From: Nitrospirales bacterium
Lineage (GTDB): Bacteria > Nitrospirota > Nitrospiria > Nitrospirales > UBA8639
Reading direction: 5' to 3'
Length of the DNA: 64,000 bases
Assembly (NCBI GenBank): GCA_965203295.1
Contig: CBDBCZ010000019.1
Location: 512,001-576,000, forward strand
Position 1 is the stretch's first letter, and each line of letters starts with the position of its first letter. The position numbers were made by a program, and so were the translations under genes. The notes below the pieces were generated by a model that was not told the origin of the DNA, searched no databases, and saw nothing but the letters and a program-made list of their open reading frames with translations. Below are positions 12,339 to 21,573 of this stretch, one piece after another.

Positions 12339-13050
12339 AAACCGATATCAAAATCGAACCTAAGAAACCTGGCAATCTTGTCTCCGAAACGGCCAGCTTC
12401 TCAGCCAAAGACCAACTCAGTGGTGCTATCCAAGGAGATAGAAAACAGTTTGTGATGATGGTCTCAATCTCAAAACCTGTGTCAATACCTATCCTGACAA
12501 GCTTCTGTCTGTTGTAAAATTCCACGTGTTGATGGTCGCGCAGCGGTGGATCCAATCGAAGTTTGTCCATTAACCATTCGATGACAGGCCACAGACTTTG
12601 ATAATTTGGGGTTGTAAGGAAGACTTTCCCACCAGGTCTCAAAAGCTTGTAAAAAGTTTTGAGCATGTTCCTGGCCTGGTCGAGATAAATGTGTTCGATA
12701 ACCTCTAGGCAGTAATTCTTGTCGACTGGAACATCAACTTGGAACGTCTCATCAACCAGTCCCAGACGAAATTTCACGTTGGAAGTTGCAAAATTTTCCG
12801 TAGCATAGCGAATGGCGTCGGGGTTACCATGGTTGTCCAGGACATTCGCCCCACATCGCTCCAGGAAGGCAGCAATAACACCCGAACCGCAACCGACATC
12901 GAGCACAAAGTCAACACGGCGGACCGGCAGATATTGGCTAATCGCCAATTGTTTGCTGTAATGCCAAAACCTTTGCACCGAATTACCTTCAGTCAAGGCA
13001 TCATGCTGATAGTCCCCTCTGATACTGAGATTGTCTCCAGTTCGCCTCAC
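12322..13050 (-). CDS. Class I SAM-dependent methyltransferase
   Basis: VLDVGCGSG, LEVIEHI and PGGKVFLTTPN motifs. Confidence 0.85.
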   Translation of the reverse strand: MRRTGDNLSIRGDYQHDALTEGNSVQRFWHYSKQLAISQYLPVRRVDFVLDVGCGSGVIAAFLERCGANVLDNHGNPDAIRYATENFATSNVKFRLGLVDETFQVDVPVDKNYCLEVIEHIYLDQARNMLKTFYKLLRPGGKVFLTTPNYQSLWPVIEWLMDKLRLDPPLRDHQHVEFYNRQKLVRIGIDTGFEIETIITNCFLSPWIAPLSWSLAEKLAVSETRLPGFLGSILISVFVKPL

Positions 13051-13089
13051 GTGAATTGACCTTGTTAAGAGTGAGACCTAAACGGTGAG

Positions 13090-13225
13090 GTTGAAGGGAA
13101 GCTGCAGCCGAATAGCCGTGTCTCTTCACTCACCCTATCAAAGGACGACGAGATGAGAACCTACATGCAGCTCACCTAAGAGCAAATCTAATAGTTTAAC
13201 GTCCTGATGCCCACAAGTCACACCT
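13090..13225 (+). mobile_element. IS30-family remnant (5' end)
   Basis: ATG 13153 gives MRTYMQLT*EQI**FNVLMPTSH, resembling the IS30 transposase N-terminus (YxQLTxExR). Confidence 0.45.
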
Positions 13226-13247
13226 ACGTATTGAAATCTGTCGGTGA

Positions 13248-13322
13248 GGCCATTCTGCTCTGATGTGTACGGGGTGATGAATTACTGCTGGAGTCGATCG
13301 TCCCGACACGCCGTCCGAAACC
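13248..13322 (-). mobile_element. Short IS3 orfB fragment
   Basis: Similar in direct orientation to ~13773-13848 (CCATTCTGCTC...TACGGGGTGATGAATT...GTCCCGACAC). Confidence 0.6.
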
Positions 13323-13566
13323 GTAAGCTTCCCCGTCAATGAGATAGTTCTCAAGTAGAGTTTGGGGCATGTTCACATAAGTACTCTTCCGGTGTTAGAT
13401 CCCACAGGGAATCGGGGGGTCCACTACTATTATCTGACACCAACATGTTCGGCACTTTCCCCAAGCAAACAGATGACATATTAGGATAGACATACAATTC
13501 AGCTGTGACAAACAGGCGAAAACAAATCTCTTGAAAGAATCACGGGAATAGGCTAATCACAAAGGC

Positions 13567-14246
13567 TGTAGTGCACTCCTCAAATCAAGCCACCCCTGAT
13601 GGTTGTTGCGGACAAAATTGGCGAGGGCTCTGAGAGCCAACGCCTGATGCGGGGGGGTCTCATTATACCAGTGGATCCACAGGCCAATCACGGTGCACGC
13701 CTGTGTGAAACGCTGAAACTGATGCTGCCAGAGATCCTCTTCTTTCAAGCTTCAGAAGAAGAGTTCAATAAGCCCATTCTGCTCCAGCGTATACGGGGTG
13801 ATGAATTCCTGTCAGAGCCGATAGTCCCGACACATCAACCAAAAACCTCAGCTCCAAAAGATCAAACCACTTTCACTGCGCAGGACCTGCCAGGCCCGCC
13901 GTTCGGAGACATCCGATCCCCCGTGTCTTATTCGTCGGATCTCCGTCTGACCAAAGGATACGGTTTCAGCGCGTCTTCATCCTTAGATCGAGCCCGCAGG
14001 GAATTTTCGACTCCGAGGAGAAAGCGATCCCGTCAGTCCTCGACCTCAACCACCGTGAGCCCATGCTGGTGGTCCGCATCCTCCACGGAGGTCTCGCCTT
14101 TGAGAATACGCACGGTTAAGGCGACGCGCCGTTTGGCCATCCACCCTTGGATGGAATCTGAAGTCTCGTCAGCCATGTCTACCTCCTTGGTCCCCTATTG
14201 GACCATGTCTGATGGATGGACTCAACTTGGAGGGGAGCAGGGTACC
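13567..14246 (-). mobile_element. IS3-family element with internal deletion
   Basis: orfA homologous to 3524-3808; integrase C-terminus MKEEDLWQHQF...WIHWYNETPPHQAL at 13557-13748; end TGTAGTGCAC at 13567. Confidence 0.8.
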
Positions 14247-14341
14247 CTCTCACAGAAAACTGAGCCAGCTAGAAGAGCAAGTTGCGACAGCATTCTCTCC
14301 CGACTCATGTTCCAATCTCTGAGGAGAGGTCAAGCACTACA

Positions 14342-16331
14342 ATGAGCACTCATAGAGCCAATGTATTGATATTTACGCTTACATCCATTGTTTCTTGCTT
14401 TACAATAACAAACGGGTACTTAACCCACCAAATATCCATGGGCATGTTATTTCACACCGATTCGCTGTATTTGTCAGCACTCTTTAGCGATATTCAAAGG
14501 AATTTTAGCAATTTCGCGTCATGGAATCTCCCTCAAGCGCCATACTTTTTTCCAGATATGCTTTTGTTTTTCGGCTTAAAGGCATTGATAGGAGACACGT
14601 ATAAGACATTTTACGCCTTTGCGATAATTCAGAACTTACTTGCGTTACTCTTGGCCTCTGCGATTGCGTCAACTACGACTAAAAATTGGAAATCGCTCGC
14701 TTTCTTATCGACCGTATTCTTAGTTGTCATCACTTTTTATACCACACAAAACAAGACGCCATTTATACTCTTACTCCTAAGCGGACATCATTTTGGAAAC
14801 GTAATAAATGGATTGTTACTTCTTTAATGCTACGATTTTAGCCGTAAAGAAACCAGATAATAATTATTGGCCTTTACTTCTCATCATAATTTCATGCCTG
14901 GGCGCCGCCTCTGACTTGCTATTCTTGGTCTCTTTTGTCGCCCCTTTGACTCTTTCAATTTTCATAGCATTCCTTTTTGAAAATCAAAAAAAATATCTGC
15001 CTTTTAAAACTATAGCTTTAATAACAGTTGGGGTCGTAGCGGGAATTGCACTCAAGTCATCTCTAACACAATATTCAATGGCCTATTACGTTCACCTGAA
15101 TTATAGCTTCATAATAGAGCAGATCGATGGATTCATCTACCTGATTCATGAAATATATCAAAACGCTAAAGCTATATCTATTTACGTTTGCTTGTTCTAC
15201 ATTTCAATTCTAGGATATACAGTCTTATATATAAGAAGCGATGAATTATTATATGCAGAGAAGTTGCTATCACTAACAATCATTTTATCAGCTTCTATCA
15301 CAACTGCTATTCTTATTGTAAACGGAAATCTGGCTAAAGATGTTACCTTAGCTAGATACTTAATCACCATATTTTGGCTACCGGTTCTCTTCTGCTGGCT
15401 ACCACTAGCAAAATACATCAACACTCGTTTTAAAGAAATCCTAATAAGACTCGTATATTCTTTTGCGTTGATAGCCCCGATGACATATGCCAAGCCGCTT
15501 GATGCCTATCAACTAGAATACAAACCTTTAATATCTAGGTGCATTGATCAAGGCATATCAGAATATACCCGAGAAACGGGCTTAATGATCAAACATGGAA
15601 TTGCACAATATTGGCAAGCAAGACTAGCATCTGAGTTTTCAGATCTTGACCTACGTTTAGCTGCAGTGCAGAATAATCTATCGCCGTTTGTTGCGGCAAG
15701 CAACGCAGTCCGTAGAATAGCTTATGATTTTGCAGTTGTACCTCATCAGCTGGTGATGCATATTCACGAGACAACTTCATGTTTACTCGAGAACGAGTCG
15801 AACAACTTAATGGGAAACCCACGAAAGTACATGAATGTGATTATCAAGGCCTTCATAGGGCAACGATTTTAATATATGGCCCAGGCAAGCTTCTCACAGA
15901 AAAGATAAAAATACGAAAAGCTGGCGACCAATACACCTGGCTCGCATGCGAACTTCCAACCGTCATAGGCGAACAGACCAATGATTGCGAGATGAGAACC
16001 CCCATCGGCTCGAAGTCTGGGTTTCTTTCTTATGGGCCATACGAGCGTATTCCAGCTGGCACATATCGCTTCAGTATTTCATACAGTATACAGTAGTGGT
16101 GCAGCAACTAAAAAACCTGTCGGTTTTTGGGATGTCGTGATCTTTTTATCAGACAGACCAATAGAGCTGTCGCGAGGGGAACTTCTGGGAACGAATGACG
16201 ATAACGAGATAATTAGAGGGACTTTCGAGCTTGGGGAAGCGTACAGCATGGAGTCAATCCAAATTCGAAACTTCGTTGATACGACGAACCAAGTGATGAT
16301 TCATTCCATAACAATTAAAAAGATCCGTTAA
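14342..16331 (+). pseudogene. Polytopic membrane protein, possible GT-C/Gtr-type glycosyltransferase, paralog B
   Basis: ATG 14342 after GGAGAGG; frameshifts near 14820, ~15750 and the 7-bp duplication 16081-16094; colinear with paralog A. Confidence 0.75.
15887..16183 (+). repeat. 297-bp perfect inverted repeat, copy 2
   Basis: Identical to reverse complement of 3967-4263; similarity continues with mismatches to the stop codons. Confidence 0.95.
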
Positions 16332-16443
16332 GAGTAGAGGAACGACTGTTTTCTACCTACTCAAATCCAGTGTGACTGACCTTGTAAGCCTCCCTCAGTT
16401 GAAGTTGGAAAGCATAATCTAGTTTAAATGTGTAACCGCAGAC

Positions 16444-17355
16444 TCAGGATAGAATCTCCTTCAAATCTTCTTGCGAAGGCGCAAACCAATAGGAACTCGT
16501 CACGGGTTTCGAATACTCGATGAGTTTATCAGAGATGCCATCACTCCAGGTGCCGAACATTCGTTCCAAAAGAACTTGAAACCGTCGTAATTCACACGCA
16601 AATGCCAAGAAGTACAGTCCATATTACTTCACAGTGCCGTAAGGTGCACTGCGCCGATAGATCTTGAGGGCCTTGCCGTTTTCTTTGAAATCGGTTCGGC
16701 TGACATGTGAGGTTGGCGGCATAGCCGCACCTTCCAACTCAACGCTATCAGGTTTTGTTCTGCCCATGACTTGTTCTTGTTCGGTTTGAGAAAGTTTGTT
16801 GAAGGCTGCGAGGTTGTGTACCCATTGTTGGGACAAAACGAAACTGCCACTGGACCCAGGCTGGCCTTCTGGGATGAGGGCCGCCGATCGGACTTTTTCC
16901 CTTTTGGGGTTAGCTGTCCCGTCAATGAATCCAATAAGGTCGCGAGAATCCAAATATTGGAAACCTGCAAGATCTAACTTCAGTTCAGCTACTGGGTTCA
17001 TCGAGGATTGAATGCGGAGAGCTTCGGCAAAGTTTGCATCATGATGAGAGCCGTGTATCCAAAAAAAGATATCGCGTTGAGTTGAGGGAATCGTATGACC
17101 CTTGGTCCCAGATATCGGCTCAAAGGGTTGAAATCCTTGAGGTTTCATTGATGAACCCAATTGGCTACAAGCTTTCTTCCCAAATGACACAACGATGTGA
17201 GGGCCCTCATCATCCTGGGTACGAACTGAAGATTGAATGGCCCTTCGCACTTCAGATGCAGGGCAGTTGGGATTCAGCTCATACTCCAGAAAGTAAAAGT
17301 TGGTACTTTCCTCAATAAAAATGCCTTGTTGCGCTGACCCCATAGCTCTACTCAC
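16444..17355 (-). pseudogene. Dyp-type peroxidase with in-frame TAA
   Basis: RDLIGFIDGTANP, SHVSRT and IYRRSAPYG; TAA at 16624-16626, then the frame continues YGLYFLAF...SYWFAPS to TGA 16444. Confidence 0.9.
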
Positions 17356-17382
17356 CCTTTCTTTTTAAGATCTGTCAAAGGC

Positions 17383-18459
17383 TCACATTGGAAATTTTTG
17401 CGGCGGAGTGATCTGCCATCCCTCACCAGATAAAGATAGCAAAAATTCTATCAAATCTTTTTTCTCCTGTTCCGTTAACTTCAGGGAAATGATCAGCGAA
17501 TCTTGGTGAGGATTGGCGATACCCCCTTGATCGTAAAAGTCAACAACGGCACGCAACGAAGCAAAGCGCCCGTTATGCATGTATGGAGCTGTTCGTGAGA
17601 TTTCCCGGAGAGTCGGGGTCTTAAAGGCTCCAATTTCTTCTGGGTTCTTAGTAACATGGTATCGACCAAGATCCACATGGTCCATATCCCAATCGATCCC
17701 GAGGTTATGGAACTTCTCATCCGTAAAGTTAAACCCGGAATGACACCGTGTGCATCGTGCTTTGCCCAAGAAAAGCTTGAGCCCTCGTTGTGCTGCTGGT
17801 GATAATGCGTTCTCTTCTCCCCTGTAGTCGAACCTGTCATAGGGGCTATTACCGGATAATATGGTTCGCTGGAAGCTCGCAATGGCCTTGCCAATCAAAG
17901 CCGTCGAGATCTCTTCCGTGCCAAAAGCCTTTTTGAATAGAGGCTTATAACCCTCAATGGTGTTTATTTTTGCAACCAGTTCATCATGATTCTTGAACCC
18001 ATGTTCAATAGGATTCGCAAATGGCCCCACGGATTGCTCCTCCAATGTTGCGGCTCGACCATCCCAAAATTGCGCAGAGCTGAAAACCCTATTGATAGAG
18101 GCTGGGGCGCTTCGGCCTCCTTGTTGACGATGTATACCCGCTGAGACGGGTTGCCCATCAGTGAAGGCCAATGTCGGCATGTGGCAACTTCCGCACGCGA
18201 TGCTATCGTTTTGAGAAAGTCGTTTATCGAAAAAAAGGAGCTTCCCCAGTTGGACCTTTTCCTGGGTCAGAGGGTTATCTTTAGGAATGATGAGGCTGTC
18301 TTCATCCAATCCCAAAGGTACCTCTAAATTATATTCCGTATCGGCATAGACAATTGGTAAAACCCCAATCAATAGCAAGCTGATCAAACCCATGACAACT
18401 GAGCCCTTCAAGAACCATTTCTTAGGGTGCTTAACCGAGAATTGGTGATGTTCGTTCAT
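17383..18459 (-). CDS. Di-heme cytochrome c peroxidase (CCP/MauG family)
   Basis: Two CxxCH motifs (CGSCH, CTRCH), QFWDGRA, FKTPTLRE, TAPYMHNG; N-terminal signal/TM segment. Confidence 0.92.
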   Translation of the reverse strand: MNEHHQFSVKHPKKWFLKGSVVMGLISLLLIGVLPIVYADTEYNLEVPLGLDEDSLIIPKDNPLTQEKVQLGKLLFFDKRLSQNDSIACGSCHMPTLAFTDGQPVSAGIHRQQGGRSAPASINRVFSSAQFWDGRAATLEEQSVGPFANPIEHGFKNHDELVAKINTIEGYKPLFKKAFGTEEISTALIGKAIASFQRTILSGNSPYDRFDYRGEENALSPAAQRGLKLFLGKARCTRCHSGFNFTDEKFHNLGIDWDMDHVDLGRYHVTKNPEEIGAFKTPTLREISRTAPYMHNGRFASLRAVVDFYDQGGIANPHQDSLIISLKLTEQEKKDLIEFLLSLSGEGWQITPPQKFPM

Positions 18460-18474
18460 GGAAAACCTCCCTCT

Positions 18475-18540
18475 TTAAGACTGATCTCATTGTCCTTGAA
18501 ATAATCTTTAGAAGATAAAAAATAGAATTAATCTTAATCT
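18475..18540. promoter_or_regulatory. Degenerate Fur/PerR-like boxes upstream of the peroxidase gene
   Basis: ATAGAATTAATCTTAA (~18522) and related AT-rich words resemble the palindrome at 19023. Confidence 0.45.
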
Positions 18541-18569
18541 ACAATAGCTCTAATCAATTACCCGAAAAC

Positions 18570-18983
18570 TTATGATTTCTTAACTCGCTTCCTTCCCTGT
18601 AGCAGAATGTGTACATCATTCACTTGAAAATCCTTCTTTAATCTGGATTTCAATTTGATCAGCTCAGGGTCAATATCGAATAAACGGCCTGTATCCTCAT
18701 CCAAAAAATGGTAATGCTTTCCCACGTTACAATCATAAACAACTTTGGATGAGTGGGGTAATTTAAATTCTTTTAACAGCTTAGCTTCCACTAGGACCTT
18801 CAAGGTATTATACACCGTGGCCAAACTGAGTTTGGGAAAGTTGTGGTCAGCCCATGCCTTGACTTGCTCAGCCGTCGGATGATCTGCCTCACACAGCACA
18901 TACTGAAAGATGGCAATACGCTGGGCTGTTGGTTGAACCCCTGAAGCTTCCAGCTTTTTACTTATACCCTTAGCATCCATCAC
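18570..18983 (-). CDS. Fur-family regulator (PerR/Irr-like)
   Basis: TAQRIAI, HPTAEQV, LSLATVYNTL and HYHF motifs. Confidence 0.9.
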   Translation of the reverse strand: MMDAKGISKKLEASGVQPTAQRIAIFQYVLCEADHPTAEQVKAWADHNFPKLSLATVYNTLKVLVEAKLLKEFKLPHSSKVVYDCNVGKHYHFLDEDTGRLFDIDPELIKLKSRLKKDFQVNDVHILLQGRKRVKKS

Positions 18984-19022
18984 TGAGGCACTCTATTTCC
19001 TTTAATTTAGAGTCATTATTGA

Positions 19023-19039
19023 ATTAGAATAATTCTAAT
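19023..19039. promoter_or_regulatory. PerR/Fur-type operator
   Basis: Perfect 8-1-8 palindrome ATTAGAAT-A-ATTCTAAT about 40 bp upstream of the Fur-family gene. Confidence 0.75.
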
Positions 19040-19156
19040 CATAATGAATGTCAAGACCGCACGTGCAGAGAAAGTAAGCTTTAGGGCTTTAAATGAAGGC
19101 TTTCGCAGGGGTGCGATGGCCGTTTTCGATCTGACCTCTGCAGAACACAGACATTG

Positions 19157-19381
19157 TTATGTAGAGTTGGAAGTTTGAGAAGAAGGGGGATGAAATTTCG
19201 CGGCATCAATAATGGACCATAGGTGGAAAATCCAGCCCAACAGGAAGAACCAAAGAGCCGCAGCTAACACAAATTGGATAATGGCAATGACCAACCGGCC
19301 CTGAAGAAGTTGACCTAAGCCGTGTATAAACAAACTACATAAAGCTGCGAGAACATTTCCTCCTTATCCTTGTCCGTTCAT
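19157..19381 (-). pseudogene. Small membrane protein (75 codons) with TAA at codon 6; absent from ORF track
   Basis: MNGQG*GGNVLAALCSLFIHGLGQLLQGRLVIAIIQFVLAAALWFFLLGWIFHLWSIIDAAKF; GGAGG SD upstream. Confidence 0.7.
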
Positions 19382-19554
19382 GAAGGCCTCCGTTGAAAGA
19401 ACGTGCTTTTATCTCAACGCTTTGCTCCCGTCAGTCCTACTCCAGATGAGAGGATTGAGAGAGGGGTTTGCACCAAGATGGTATACAGATCATGCGTTCG
19501 TATTCGGAATCATGACTTGAGATCGGTGTTTATAAGAGCATTCTGGAGAGACTG

Positions 19555-20070
19555 TTAGCTTAGGTTAGGTGTATTTGCCATGTATCGGATGGCCCACCAT
19601 ACCACGATTGGCAAAACTAACCCGACTCCTAAGGCTAGTGCTCCCAAAATCATAAGAACGATTCCCCTGCTTTTGGCAGGTTGTTCCTTGAGTGCTGTCG
19701 TATGCATGATCAGGCGTGATCCCGGAAGGGGAATAGGCTCAGGATCTCGCATTCGATTTCCCTCATACATCAAATAGGCACCCATCCCCACGACAGGAAT
19801 ACCGGCTGCCATCGACATGAATAGAAAGAGAATACTCTCTTTTAGCAGGACTCTTTCTGGGGATTGAATAGCCCGCGCTTGAAGTTGTTCCACCAATGAC
19901 ATGGTCAATTGGACAAGAAGGAGTCCAAGGCCTAACCCCACTACGATCAAGACAATGATGATGAGGCGGAACCTTTTAGTCCGGCGATGAATGGTTGTCG
20001 GCGAATTAGTCGTCATCAGATGAATATGGAGAATGGAAATAATGCTGGAAAATGTTTGGCCGTTGTCCAC
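19555..20070 (-). CDS. Hypothetical membrane protein (about 3 TM)
   Basis: Three hydrophobic segments; start uncertain. Confidence 0.6.
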   Translation of the reverse strand: MDNGQTFSSIISILHIHLMTTNSPTTIHRRTKRFRLIIIVLIVVGLGLGLLLVQLTMSLVEQLQARAIQSPERVLLKESILFLFMSMAAGIPVVGMGAYLMYEGNRMRDPEPIPLPGSRLIMHTTALKEQPAKSRGIVLMILGALALGVGLVLPIVVWWAIRYMANTPNLS

Positions 20071-20143
20071 AGCGCTATGGAAGTGTGCTACATGGTTCTA
20101 CCGATGCGCAACAACTCGATGATGTTTCAGAAAGTTCCGAATA

Positions 20144-20641
20144 TCACTCAATAGTATTGGCAACAGGAATCTCATCCGGAAGGTCCTGAAAATCTTGCTC
20201 ATTTTCGAAAAAGGCGATAATCGGTCGATGATATCGTTGGGCTAATACAACTTCACTTCGTGTTCCAGGACCACTTGGAAAAGCCACAAGAGCGTCTGCT
20301 GAAAGAACAATGATATGGTTGCGAGAGAATGGATCAGTCCCTAAGGAACCGCTCAGCGGCAAGTGAGTCCCAATTGGAAGCTCAACCCACGGATTGGGAT
20401 ATCCTTTCTTTGGCGGACATAAAGGGTCATCCGAACTGGCGGGGAGAACTCCAATCACCAGGCCTTTTCGTCCTGACGTCTCGTAGAAGGCGCGGCTCAC
20501 AGACGCCATTACACCATCCCCACCACCAGTCAGCAGATGGACACCAATTTTAGCTAGCCAAGCCCCCAATTGGGAGGCTTCATTCTCCCACGCCTTCTCT
20601 GATGAGCCGATGACTTCAACAATTAGTCGACGTGCTTTCAT
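20144..20641 (-). CDS. SLOG/LOG-like Rossmann protein (TIGR00725-like), possible C-terminal frameshift
   Basis: LLTGGGDGVM, SRNHIIV and GPGTRSEV motifs. Confidence 0.8.
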   Translation of the reverse strand: MKARRLIVEVIGSSEKAWENEASQLGAWLAKIGVHLLTGGGDGVMASVSRAFYETSGRKGLVIGVLPASSDDPLCPPKKGYPNPWVELPIGTHLPLSGSLGTDPFSRNHIIVLSADALVAFPSGPGTRSEVVLAQRYHRPIIAFFENEQDFQDLPDEIPVANTIE

Positions 20642-20874
20642 GAGGGATCATGTATGGCCGACATCAAGATCGACGGACAATTGAGTAACGTTTAACGGGA
20701 TCACTGCGTGAGATTCAAGAACTTCTGGACATTATCATGAAGTGCCTTTTGATACGGACGTAATGAGAAGGGCTCGAAAAAATCTAGAGAAAGCCCATTG
20801 ACTTGGATGTCGTTGCAGTTTGGATTCGCGAAGGGTACCATGTCAGTCAGTCTATGGTCTTCCCAGCGTTGTCT

Positions 20875-21396
20875 CTAGAGCCTTCCTTCTCGCTGGTAAC
20901 ATTGGAGTGATTGCAGAAAACCTCGATAGACCAAGAGTCTTGCAGAAGAGACGTAATATTGTTCCACAGCACTGCAATAACTCCCCTCTTGTCCTGCCGG
21001 ACAGGGCTTTAAGTTGCCTTCGGTAGAGGAAGAATCCATGCGGGCAATCTCTTCAGATTCGCGTTGAATGTGTTCTTCCTCAAGGAGGTCCTTTTTAAGA
21101 AATTTTATTTGTGCTGCAATTCCATCCGCTTGGTCAATCGCTTCGGGAATAGATGCCTTAACAGACTGTCGAATGGTCTTCTTGAACTCTGAAGAGGAAA
21201 TGTTTTCTAAGAGTCTTTCTAATTCCGGGGCTAAATGAGACAAGTTGTTTGGACAACTCTGTTGAAAAGACGATGATGCATTTTGATTGATCGGCTTAGA
21301 GGCTGAAGATGCCAGAGAAATGTGGCCTCCCAAAAGTAAAGCGAGAGTGGCATATGCCAGGACAACGCATTTGAGTGGTAGGTCTGAGATTCTCAT
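20875..21396 (-). CDS. Hypothetical secreted protein
   Basis: Signal-peptide-like N-terminus; helical, with 4 Cys in the mature part. Confidence 0.6.
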   Translation of the reverse strand: MRISDLPLKCVVLAYATLALLLGGHISLASSASKPINQNASSSFQQSCPNNLSHLAPELERLLENISSSEFKKTIRQSVKASIPEAIDQADGIAAQIKFLKKDLLEEEHIQRESEEIARMDSSSTEGNLKPCPAGQEGSYCSAVEQYYVSSARLLVYRGFLQSLQCYQREGRL

Positions 21397-21573
21397 GGGT
21401 GGATCAACCGACCTAGAGTAACACGATCAAGCTTACTCGGATCATCAGTCCATCAGGAAAGGACTGTATTTTGATCATTGTGTGTATTATCACGCATAAA
21501 GGAAGCCTTTGGCTAGAACGGAAGGGAAACATTCCAAAACTCGTGACCATTTCTTTTCTTAAGTGTTTCTTCT

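Noticed and set aside
13599..14345. 248-aa plus-strand ORF
   Set aside because: Antisense shadow of the IS3 remnant running into the paralog B leader
15887..15892. Identical tract starts at AAGCTT (HindIII site), hinting at a ligation artefact
   Set aside because: Homology continues on both sides of the tract and the other end has no such site; probably chance, though reads should be checked
3967..16183. Diversity-generating retroelement TR/VR pair
   Set aside because: No reverse transcriptase in the window; the core is identical, both copies are coding, and flanking differences are not confined to adenines
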